In this document: positions 24,420-35,786 of the stretch, one piece after another
Layout of the letters: each line of letters starts with the position of its first letter
How positions within the stretch are numbered: the stretch's first letter is position 1
NCBI RefSeq assembly: GCF_000143415.4
Contig: NW_003314309.1
Coordinates: forward strand, 1-64,000
Length of the DNA stretch: 64,000 bases
Direction: 5' to 3'
From: Selaginella moellendorffii
Lineage: Eukaryota > Plantae > Lycopodiophyta
Position numbers and translations under genes: made by a program
Notes under the pieces: generated by a model
Databases searched by the model: none
Told to the model about the DNA's origin: nothing
The model's input: only the letters and a program-made list of their open reading frames with translations

Positions 24420-25114
24420 TATAAGCTCCTAAATTTTGACTTCTTCACCCCTAAGGACACTTAACTCAAGATATCTCAAAACTTTTAACCGATTGAAAAA
24501 AAAAGTACACTCTTATTCATAAGACCTTTCTTTCTATATTTGAACATTATAAATTATCTTTCAATTTATTTTCTTTGGTTGTTAAGAATTCATCACACTT
24601 TCCTACAAGTTTACACCCTCGTGAATGGAATTTGGGAGTCACCAAAGAGCCCCACTCTTTTGACATCTTACCCCTCGGGTCATACCAAATATCTTGACAC
24701 TTTACCCTTTGGTTCGATCAACATGTAATACGATTCCCGTAACCAACCAACAGTATCAAACCCAGAATTGCCCTAGCCGGAACAAATTAAATCTACCAAA
24801 TATTACTCAATATATAATGTGATTCCCCTAACCAAGAATCGCACTAACCAACCAATAGTATTAAAACCAAGACCTCTTGAATCACATTAACCAATCAATA
24901 GTGTTGAACCCAAGACCTCTTTAATACTAAATGTAAGGTCTTAAATTTAGACTTCCCAAGAAGTTACTCAACTTAAACTCAACGACACTTAACCCTAAAT
25001 ATCCTAAAGCCCTTAATCAATTAAAAAAAGGGTGCACTCTTATTCATAGGCCTTTTCCTTTTATATTTGAACCTTATAGACTGTCTTTCGAGTTATTCTC
25101 TTTGGTTGCTAACA
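24420..25114 (-). mobile_element. Cassandra-like TRIM, full structure (LTR 24420-24587, internal ~344 bp, LTR 24932-25114)
   Basis: Two ~170-185-bp similar LTRs with decayed 5S core, TG..CA on the right LTR, decayed Met-i PBS complement (ctctttaatactaaa) beside it, TSD AAAGC/AAAAC. Confidence 0.75.
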
Positions 25115-25179
25115 AAAACATTTAAGGTTACCAAATGGTATTAATTAAAAAATAAGCAAGTATATTTCTAAGGGCAATT

Positions 25180-25620
25180 TGTAATACATATGGATTTTAC
25201 CCTTTATCCTATGGTGATTTACCATAAGATAACCATGAAGTATGTGTTATATGCCACGTGTTCAAAAGACAATGGTGTGGAACCCAAGTTTCAAGGCCTT
25301 AGGCAATTGAATGAAAGAACAGTGCCAAACTTTTAAGTATGGACCTAAAGAGTGAAAGTATTAGAGCATGAAGCAACTCTCAAATGTAGAGCCTAAGGAG
25401 CGAAGGGACAGGAGCATAAAGCAACTTGGAAGCATCAAACATCCCAATGCTAGGATTAACACGCAAAACGAAGCTAAATAAAGTTTAACACTATTTTAGC
25501 ATATTAGTGGCATGGAATTTAGGTTTAGACCCAAGCCAAACACAAAACAAGGACAACACATAAATTCCAAATATATAGTAAGGATAGTGAGTAAATCATG
25601 CAAATTTGAGGTATAGTCTG
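25180..25620 (-). mobile_element. Truncated decayed LTR (paralogue of 8232-8747)
   Basis: Starts TGTAAT after the same ggcaatt flank; last ~58 bp are inverted. Confidence 0.78.
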
Positions 25621-25622
25621 CT

Positions 25623-28600
25623 ATAGCACCAAGCTAGAGCTTGTAGAGGAATGTCACCTTTTGTGCTGCTTTTTGCACGGAGCTTTTGTCAAGGTCTCCT
25701 TCCAGGCTCTCCGCAAGATATGACATATGGTATGGTTGAACCGGAGGTGACATTCAAGTAGTGAGTAATGAAGAGCGTGAAGCATTGGACCTCTTGGAGA
25801 AGGTGATGGACTGTCGCATACGCGATGGCGACGCCGTTGTGCGTGCTGGTTCCTCTTCCCAGCTCGATGATGACTACCAGCGAGCGAGAAGTTGCCTTGT
25901 GGAGAATAGTTGAAGTTTCACTCAGCTCCTCGAAAAACGTACTGGAGCCCCTCTGGATTCTGTCCATCGCCCCCATTCTCGTAAACACGGCATCAAATAC
26001 ATGCAGTTTGGCTGTCACGGCTGGAACATACGATCCTATCTGCACGATAACAAAACATACGGAGTGAAAAGAAATAAAGATAGTTGCGAACCTGGGACAT
26101 GATTGTGATTAGAGCAACTTGACGGATGTAGCAACTTTTACCACCCATGTTTGGACCAGTGATTATTTGCGATCGTTCACCCTCACCAGAAAGAACTGTG
26201 TCATTTGGTACAAATGCATCTTGCAGAGTCGAATCTAGGACCTGCTCATGGAAAGAAATCTCAGTAATAATATTAAACCACAAGAGCAAAAGAAACAAAC
26301 CGGATGTCGACCACCTTCTATCTTCAAAAGGCACGCTTCATCCACGAACTCCGGTCGAACATACCCCTGAAGCACATTTTCATTCAGATAAGCGTTGAAA
26401 AACACAAGGAGACAGACCTGATTGCACGAGACAACAGCAAGGGAATCAAGACAGTCGAGAGCTGCTAGTGCCTGTACTGCAGCCCGGAACTCCATGTGAT
26501 AGGAGGTAAAGTCAGTCAGGAACATGTCCCATGCTTTGGCGCAAGATATATTTAATTGCTCCTTTGCAAGTGCCATTCTTTCCGATGCTTCCAAGACCTC
26601 CGGAGGATGATAGCGGTTTGCCTTTTTCGTACCAATCTGCAGGTACACGCTGCGCACATGGAACCTGAAACTACAAGCTTTTAGCAATCAAATAACTGAA
26701 TTGAGAAAAAGAAAGTACCTCGACCAAAAACGACGTTTCCAAGACGCTCAAGTATTCCAGATTTGAACACTTCAACAGTTTCCGATAACTGGGAAGAAAA
26801 CTTTCGAGATCCTCCTCAATACTTTTTATGTTCTCTTTGCATTCGTCTACCTGAAACACGACTTAAGCGAAGTCTGGGAAACGATAACAAACCTCGGGAT
26901 ACTGGCCGGCAACAAACAAGTTAATCTTATCCCCGGCAACTGCTGCCTCTGCATTCAAACTTGTCACAAGCTTGTTTGCGTGATCTATCACTGAAGTTGA
27001 AGTCACTGCGGAGATTAGCCTGCTGAGGAGCGCAGACCTGGTGTCGCGAACCCGTTGAAACTGCGACGCTGCTTTCATAATCGCATTAATCACGTTAATG
27101 AACTGCAGCAAACATTACGGTCAGAAAGAATAACAACAGGATTACAGAAAAGGAAAGGTGCCTCATACGTTGCTGTTTTGTGATAAATTCTTGTGATACC
27201 ACGCTCAAGATCAGGCAATTTTCCCAGCAGCAACAACGTTGAAGCTAAAGTTGCAACTGTTGTACCTCTGCCTTTATCTCCAATGGATTCGGCAATTTCC
27301 GCAACGGCGTCTAAACGTTGAGAAATAAGCATGCGGTCTCTTAACGGATGGGTCACCTGAAAATAGACATGAATGAAAAAACGAAAAATCCAAGATTGTG
27401 ACTGAGACCAAACTCCTTACCCAATACTTAAGCAGCCTCACGCCAAAAGCAGTTTTTGTGTGGTTCATAAGCCAGAATAAAGATCCGTTTTCAGTACCAT
27501 CAGTTTGGTTATGTAGAATCTAGAAAGAAAAAACTTGTTACTGCGTAAGTAAACGTCGCATTCAGTGATTACCTCAAGCTGGCGGATGGTATTGGGCGAG
27601 AGCGTCATCTCTTGCTGTCCGGCAAATGGTCGGAAAAGAGCTCCTAAGCGCAATACATTTTCCAGATGAAACTGCTTCAGATAAGCAAATATATGCGCAA
27701 ACGCAGCAACCACGATTTCTGGCATCGTCATCAACGCCTGCAAACTTCAATTCTCATCCGATAATGTAATCAAGACAACTAGAAAATTACCTCTAACCCT
27801 GCATCAACCTTCTCGTCCAGACAGCCTTTCTTAGAAGACGCCAAGCTCCCGTAGAAGTCCGCAAGAGCAGCAACAGTACCGCCATTTTCAAATGAGTTCT
27901 CAGGCGTCTTCTCGGCTCGAACATCTGCTGCGCCTGCATAGTCCATCAACAACTATAGAAAAATCACCATCATTCATATACAACCCGATCAGAGAAAAGA
28001 AAACAGCTTACCTTCTTTGTAGAAGTGGACAAGGACGCAGATAAAAAAAGTTCTGCGGGAGCACACGCAAGCAAGCGTGATTCCAGTTCCGTCCTGGTGA
28101 CAGTGTCCATAAAGTGACCGTACATCACGTCTCCGGTCGAGGTTTCCACGGCCACCACCCCAAATCTAGCATCAAAACTTCCCCTCACTTCATCCTTTCC
28201 AGCGTTGCCCTTGTGCTCGGTGATTGCCTCCTCCACAACACACATGATATAGCTGCTAAGACGAATAGGTCCATCCCTTTCCCCGCTCTCTTCTCCCCCA
28301 AGAAACTCCCCGGCCTCGAGCATGGCCTTGGTATATAGCACCGAGAGATCTCTCGAGAACGGGCCAGCCTTGTTCGTCCCGTGAGCTTTGATAGCCACTG
28401 TCTCGGTCTGCTTGACAACGCCAACTTTGTAGCCAGCTTCCACAAGCCTTCTCACATGTACGTGCAGCCGGAACATTGGAACGCTGGCAGTGAGAAAGTT
28501 GTGGCTGTAGTAAGCAACGATTCCCAAAACATTGGCTGCTTTCTCCGCATCCTCTCCGAAAAATCGAAACTTGTATCCCACCTGGATGTCTGGGAATTTC

Positions 28601-28775
28601 TTCTTGAGCTCCACAATCTGCTGCTCCAGAGGAGTAAGCTTCTCCTTCACTGACGGCGGCTTTACATAAAAGGAGGAATTTCCACCACCGCCATCCCTGT
28701 CCCCCTCTCCAAGAAGAACATCTACACACTTTCTGCGCCTGTCTTTAATCGCTTCCCCCGATATTCTGCAATCGA
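25623..28775 (-). pseudogene. MSH3: MSH3 pseudogene (copy 2), 5'- and 3'-truncated
   Basis: Near-identical to copy 1. Start codon region deleted, 16-nt frameshift deletion near 26632, Walker B DE changed to IE, ends TFLYKL*LGA. Confidence 0.9.
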
Positions 28776-29070
28776 AAAATTGAAACTTTGTATCCCACCT
28801 CAACAATGAGAAGAGTGTCTAGAAATTTCTTCCTGAGCTCCACAATCTGCTGCTACAGAGGAGTAAGCTTCTCCTTTCCTGACGGCAACTTTCCATCACA
28901 GGAGGAATTTCCATTAGAAGCATCCTGTCCCCAATAACATTTACAAAATTTCTATACTTGTGTGCTTGCTTTAGATGTAGAAGCCAGGTTGGGGTATTGA
29001 TTGGCTGCATTCTCAGCTGGTCGTTTAAGATGACACGGCAATCATTCTTGAAAAGTTGGTGGCGGCAGTG
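28776..29070 (-). pseudogene. MSH3: Remnant of the degenerate MSH3 exon-1 duplicate
   Basis: Matches ~12497-12800. Confidence 0.75.
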
Positions 29071-29176
29071 ATTAGTATATTTATTATAAGATTCTTATTT
29101 TATTTTATTAGAATAATATTATTTGTAGGTGAACCATATATTATAGCTTACTTGCTACACTAAATTTGAGAGGGAG

Positions 29177-30430
29177 ATGGAAACTCTTTGGCTAACTATT
29201 TTCCTGTTGCATTTGTTAGTTATTATTGTTAGGTATTGCAAGAGTGAAATTTCTACAATATTTATCTTAGACTCATTGGTAGATTATAGAAATAATAATT
29301 ACATTTTAAACACTTATGCAAAGGTCAATTTTCCTCCCTGTGAAAGAGAATTCCTTAGTGGAGCAAGAAGGAAATTTTCAAATGGAAATCTCATTCTTGA
29401 TGTGAATAAAGTGTTTAACTTTGCCCATTTGCAACTCCATATTTGAATCTTTAATTAAGTCAACCATTTTTATCACCCACAAAGAATATATAGCAAGGTG
29501 TAAATTATAGAGATGTTAGATGTGGATTGTTCAATACTACTGAAAATACATTTTTAAGTTTGTTTAAAGATAATTCCTTTAATTTTTAATTTTTATCAAG
29601 AGAATTTTAAAATTATCCATGACCTATCTATCTACAAGTGAAATTTTTTATTAAAGATAAATATATATTCATATCTCAAATTGGTCTAAATGCAACATTA
29701 AACATTATAAATAAGTCTATATTTTACATAACATATGGATCTAATGATATAACTAATAGATATTATGAACCTGGTTCTTTTGTGCCAAGTCAATACATAA
29801 TTTTAGAGTTTTTTGTCATTTTGATGCAATTTTATGATACTCAAATTTGGATAAATATAATTCATAGCTTTAAATTATTTTACAACCTTTTTATTTATGT
29901 TATAAGTCTTATATCAAGAAGAAGCATTCAAAATTGTGATTGTATAGTTATTTCTTTTAGGTTGTAATACACTCTTTTTTATTAGACACCATTAACTAAC
30001 CTAAAAAATAGTAATACAATTTAACAGAAAGCTTAATTTAGTTTTATTTTATCTTAGATTAAATTTATCAGCACTCAACATTTTCTATGCAGACTTTTAC
30101 ATTATACTACTTGATATTGTTTAAAATCCTCTATCATATAATAAAATTTTATTAAAATGAAACAATTTATTGATAAATTTTAATTACGGAAAATTGTAAC
30201 AAACTTCACAAATCTTAATGTTGGATGTTAAAATGTTATAGGACCAAGTCAAAAAAACATTAGTGACAGAATGTTTACCTTTCACTTCATCTTATTTAAA
30301 TCCATTAAAGTATATTTATTGGAATCAATCTCATCCTAACTCCAAAATTTATAACATATTTACTGATCTATTTTGAATGAAAATGATTATATATATCCTA
30401 TCAATATTTAACAACTAACTGTTATATAAT
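29177..30430 (+). pseudogene. GDSL esterase/lipase pseudogene (copy 2)
   Basis: IFILDSLVDYRNNNY, FSNG, KSIFYITYGSNDI; paralogous to 12890-14130. Confidence 0.85.
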
Positions 30431-30554
30431 AAAAGTTTAATACTAATTTTTGTTAGTCTGATTTTATTTAAAACTTTTATAAAAAATTTTAAACTGAAAA
30501 TTTTTAAGTAATTTATAAATGTCTTAAATACTATATTATAATAATATTTACGTT

Positions 30555-32204
30555 TAATGTTTTACTTTAGAAAAATAAATAACTAGAAATATAAACATAT
30601 GAATTAATTAAGTTTAGATTATCTGATTTAGATTTTTTTCTAAATTTAAACAATATCTACTAAATTAAAAGCATTAGATTATAAAAAAAATAGTTTTACT
30701 TATATTTTTTGACTATTACTGACATTTTAGTTTAAAAGATAAAATAATCTTCAATTTAGATAGTGAATTAAATTACAAATAACACTATTCTTCCATATAT
30801 ATAAATTTATTTTATCCCACAAAATTAATAGTAAACATTTCTTCTATAAACCCCATACAATGTTTTATTAACAAAGTTCGTTTAATGAAATTTATTTTAA
30901 AATTTTTGAATTTAGCTATATCAAGCTATGTATATATTGGATTTTACTTAATTAATCTTTGGTTTTTTCCTTGATGTTGGTTCAAATAAATATATTAGTA
31001 ACTGTTCATTATATAAATGGGAAGAAACTATGATTTGTTATTTAACTTTTTATAACAATAGCTTGAAATTACTTATTACAAAAATTTGAAATATTTATAA
31101 TAGGATTTGGATCAGTTAACTCTTTAAATAACAAATTTCTTTTATAAATAAAATTATTTACCATATAATCTTGAATAATATCTAATGAATAATTAATTAA
31201 ATATTTATTTTAAAAAAGACTTCTTACTTGTAAGAGCTTTTGTTTTTTTCCTTTTACATTAGAGTGTATTTGCAATATTTCTTATTTTATTTAAATCCTT
31301 CTTATTTTTGGTTGCCATATCTCTCTGAAAAATTAAATCATAAAATTATTTTAGAGATCTTAAGCCAACTTCTAATTCAAATTTCCTAATCATAGTGCTA
31401 AATCTATGAAATTTATCAATTTAAGCACTTTAAAAGCTTCTATATTATCAATAAATAATTTATTTTGATAACTTGTTAATGTCCAAATTCCATGATCAAT
31501 TTTTCCATCACCTCACAGCCACATATTTTCCTTTATTCTGCACACAACTAAATTTTTTTAGTACTTAATTCATCACTTTTACTAGTAATAGTTTTATATA
31601 TAGTTTGAAAAGAATTCTTAAATATATGCATATAATCCTTTAAAAATGCTACTGGCNNNNNNNNNNNNNNNNNNNNNNNNNNNNNNNNNNNNNNNNNNNN
31701 NNNNNNNNNNNNNNNNNNNNNNNNNNNNNNNNNNNNNNNNNNNNNNNNNNNNNNNNCCAAATAATAATATGTTGCCTATTTTTTTTGAGTCATCTATCTT
31801 AGTATTGGTCAAATATAATTATGGCCATTAAATAAACTAATTAAAATTAGAAACTAATATAGGTGGGAGAAATAATAACTAAAATCTTACATTCTATTAG
31901 TAGACCTAAATAGATAATCAATAGGTAAGAAACACCAATGACCAATATATATGCATTTTTATAAACTTCTTAACTATATTCGTAGAATCCAGATCCACAA
32001 TCTAGGTAAAAGTATTTTCCCATTAGTTTGAAGTCTTGAAAAAAATCATAATCCAGGAGAATCATGAATAAACTATCACACTACTTCTTTAAACTTAAAA
32101 ACCTAATGACCCTCTGGCTTCAAATTATCTTTCCATGGCACTTCATCCTATAATTGTTTCAACTCTTCCAAAAATAATGACCAATAAATATTAGGTACTA
32201 GGAA
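30555..32204 (-). mobile_element. Second, truncated copy of the decayed CACTA region
   Basis: Colinear with 15578-17127; breaks at ggaagtt into the paralogue of 5641. Confidence 0.7.
31657..31756. other. Assembly gap (100 N)
   Basis: Run of N. Confidence 0.99.
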
Positions 32205-33076
32205 GTTGAGAGCATCCCGAGCAGGAGTGATGCTGCAAGCCTGAGCTTACACCAGATCTTAAGCTTGACATTTCTCCAGTTTGTGGACAAAATGCACTGT
32301 TTCCAGCCAATGCTACAGATGTTGATACCAGCAGATTTTGCAAGGCTTTTCCACGACAAGCAGATGAACATTTTCATGTGAGACAGAGTCCAATCAACAC
32401 CTTTGTCTACCAGCCCCTAGATGCAAAGCTCTCAAACATCCAAAACCATATTCTCCAGTACAAGAGGAGCATTCGAGGTACAGCTTTCTAGGGATCTGTA
32501 TGCACAAAGACTTAGCACATGATCGAGGAACTCCCCAAGGAGAATACAGAACTTTGAAATGAAATCCAGCTGTAGAGATAGGGTGCACTACAATAGAAGA
32601 ACAAGTTCAAGAATGAGCTCTTTGGAATCATAGCAGTAACAAAACAGCCTAATGCCATGGAGAAGTGAGAGCTTCAAGATGAAACTCAATTCAATCGTGG
32701 AAGAAAAGTGGACCATAGAAAATCAACTTTATATTTAAAAACATCATCCTAAGTCTTGAGATTCAAACTTTGAGACTCAAGAATAGGAATGAGTGGCAGT
32801 TGCCCCATGTAAAACTAATTAAAGGGGTGAGTTAACACAAACTCTATCCCTTTCTTTTGTACTTTAGCCTTCTATTATTAATGCATATCCATATGCTCAA
32901 AATCTAGAGTACTCAAGTGATACTAACTTTATTTGCTCATAACTTCAACAAAAGCCTTCTTAGAGATTGAAGGACTTAAGTCATTCCTTTTTTACTTTTT
33001 ATGTGTTTATTTGTGTCTAGAGCAAAATGCAAAATCAAGTCAAACAAGTGTAGTAGCAAACATCCATTTTACTCTT

Positions 33077-33176
33077 NNNNNNNNNNNNNNNNNNNNNNNN
33101 NNNNNNNNNNNNNNNNNNNNNNNNNNNNNNNNNNNNNNNNNNNNNNNNNNNNNNNNNNNNNNNNNNNNNNNNNNNN
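33077..33176. other. Assembly gap (100 N)
   Basis: Run of N. Confidence 0.99.
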
Positions 33177-33912
33177 TTTTACCCAAATTTCTAGGAATGG
33201 CTTATTCTGACCTTTAAAGTGATGATTGTAAAATATATGAACTTTCAACATTTAAATTAAGCTGAATTTTTGGTATCTCTTTGGTATATATATATATTAC
33301 GAGGGTATAAAATTCCATTGGTGCTTCACCATATTAACTTTTATATAGTTATTATTTGATACTGTCAACAAAGTTAAGTTTACCTTTGTGATTGCTATAA
33401 ACTACCGATGCTAGGTTTTGGGATCAATATTTGTTGAGCATTCTTCCATTTGTTTGAGTGGAGTTTATTGAGCACTTAAGTTATATATAAGTGGGATAAT
33501 AACAACACAACAACTTCCATCATTATCCATCAGTGAAGTACAAAGTAGATGACTTGGTATTAATTCATTTTCCTAATGTTACAATATATGGTTTGTCTAA
33601 GGGGCCCCTTATTCAGTGGAACGGACCATATTAAATATTGTGGTAAGTTAAACTACATAATTATAAGGTTTGGTAAAATATTCAACAAACCAATCCTTTA
33701 GAAATTATATATATGCAATAACTTAAACACTTTGTATAAAGGGATCAGGCACCACCTACAAATCCACCAATGCCTCCTCTTGATGTTCCTCTAAATCCTA
33801 GCCTATCAACTTGAAAACCTTAACTACCTTTCATCCTTCTAAAAACATAATGTGAGGTCTAAGTGTATAATTATGATGTTGTATATAAATATTAGTATAG
33901 TGGTATTTTGAT

Positions 33913-34021
33913 NNNNNNNNNNNNNNNNNNNNNNNNNNNNNNNNNNNNNNNNNNNNNNNNNNNNNNNNNNNNNNNNNNNNNNNNNNNNNNNNNNNNNNNN
34001 NNNNNNNNNNNNNNNNNNNNN
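33913..34021. other. Assembly gap (109 N)
   Basis: Run of N. Confidence 0.99.
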
Positions 34022-34589
34022 ATGGCATCTTTCTCAATATTAGATCAAGAGAGTAAAATTATAATAGCTCAATGAAGTTATCAGTCTTTATATTTTTTCT
34101 TAGTGAAAATCTGAATAACTAGATAAGTTATTTTATTAATACTATATACTTAATATAATATATCGCAATCAATATAATTTATTGGGAGTAGGTAAAAATA
34201 CCATAATATAACTAGTAAATTTTAGAAATATAATAAATTTACTTTTAAATAGGACAAGAGAAAAAATATAAATTAAATAGAGAATGGATATAAGTGACAA
34301 TACAAGTGATAAAGAAGAAACCATTGATATTTTATCCACTTGAAAAGTTCTTCACCACTTAAGAAATAATAAGCTTAAATAGAATATTAATTATATAGTA
34401 TATTTTAATTCCTTTAAAAGAATTAAATATCCTCAATTTCTTTAAAGGGAGAAATTAAGAAGCATTTGAGGTGTTATTACTTAAAAAACAAGCAAGTATA
34501 TTCCTAGAGGCAATTCCTCCTTTCCTCTATTTTTTTTCTTCCAATGCTTGGGCTTCTTCCCATCAATCTTCTTGTAGATTCAATGCTAC

Positions 34590-35450
34590 CCATTTCACTC
34601 CACCCACAGCCCCTTGAGATCTACAAAGAGATCCACCACCTTATGCACAAACTGGTAGTTGGCTCCATTGAAGTAATTGTGCCCAAACATGATGAATCTG
34701 CCATTGGGCCACATGGGTGAGTGTTAAGATCATATCCCTTACACCCTAAGCCAACTGGCTAAAGGGGTGATCACTTGATTGTAGGGCCCTTTCTTTATCC
34801 TATTATCCTGACCTGGTGCCTAACAATCCTCCCCCTTGTTAGGGAATGATCGTCCGCGATCATACTTAGGCCACCCTCTGATCACTATGGTCCTTCTCTT
34901 AAGGTCTACCAAACCTTGGTTCTCCCTCTAGATCCACCATGTTGAATATTCCTTCAGAATATTTATGCCCCACTTGTCAGCCACAAGAATCGAACTGGGC
35001 TCCAATACCAATATTATTATCCGGCGCAAAAAGACAGAGATTTAATCGCCCTAAACTATGCTATGCCACCTTTTGAGGTTCCTCACCACCCAACCACCCC
35101 CGAGCTACCTCAAAAGCTCCACTGCGCCGCCACTCCTTTGTGAGCCCTAGGGTAGGTTAAGTCCCTTACCCTAACATGCTTTATATACCCTTGAGCCTCC
35201 CTTTGACTGACGTTGACCATGTAGTCAAAGTTGGCGCCTAACAGTGAGCATGCGAGATTGATGTCCATCCATGTCGAGTGGAAATCATGCCAACATCCAT
35301 TTCAATCAGATTTGCCAAGATCCCCAACATGCACAGCTTGTAGAGCCCCATGTTGGTGGAGAATGGCATTGGCACAATGTTGTTACTAGCATTGGAGAAG
35401 GCCATATTTTGCAAAAATTGGTTAAAGAGCATCACATTGCTGTGCACTTG
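34590..35450 (-). pseudogene. Class I SAM-dependent methyltransferase (Methyltransf_24-like) C-terminal fragment, interrupted by a TRIM
   Basis: Removing the insertion and one TSD gives VMLFNQFLQN..PMPFST..LANLIEMDVG/HDFHSTWMDINLA..IMFGHNYF..VHKVVDLF, resembling the IEVDAGHDF..GGVIFGHDY motifs; one frameshift. Confidence 0.65.
34722..35243 (-). mobile_element. 522-bp TRIM-like LTR element with TSD GTGAG and dissimilar terminal repeats
   Basis: TG..CA ends, exact TSD at 34717-34721 and 35244-35248, PPT complement atcctccccctt after 34825, Met-i PBS-like complement ggctccaataccaa before 35012. Confidence 0.8.
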
Positions 35451-35786
35451 GAAAAATTATAAGTTGATATGGCTCTTTGTTTTACTGTAAATAAAGGATC
35501 ATATTAGCTTTTAGTTTTTCTAAGTTCAACAAAATATGTAACAAAAGGTAATTATGGATGAAATAATTAGTCATTTGAAGGGTTTTTTAAGCATGTAAGT
35601 CATACTTCTATTGAATTCTTAAATAATATATACTTATTTTTATTATATTTAAATGGGATTTTTGATAATTCATACAAAGCTAAACCTTAAAAAAACTTCA
35701 CATTGATGTTAATCATATTAGTCAAACAACAGTACTTAAGTAATTTAATTTAAAAAAATTTAATTAATTTATACACTATCATTAGT

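Larger units (their letters stand above)
32205..34515. repeat. Paralogue of 5641-8231 lacking the TRIM and LTR insertions
   Basis: Colinear with the copy-1 segment; empty sites at ~34459-34463 and ~34511-34515. Confidence 0.8.
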
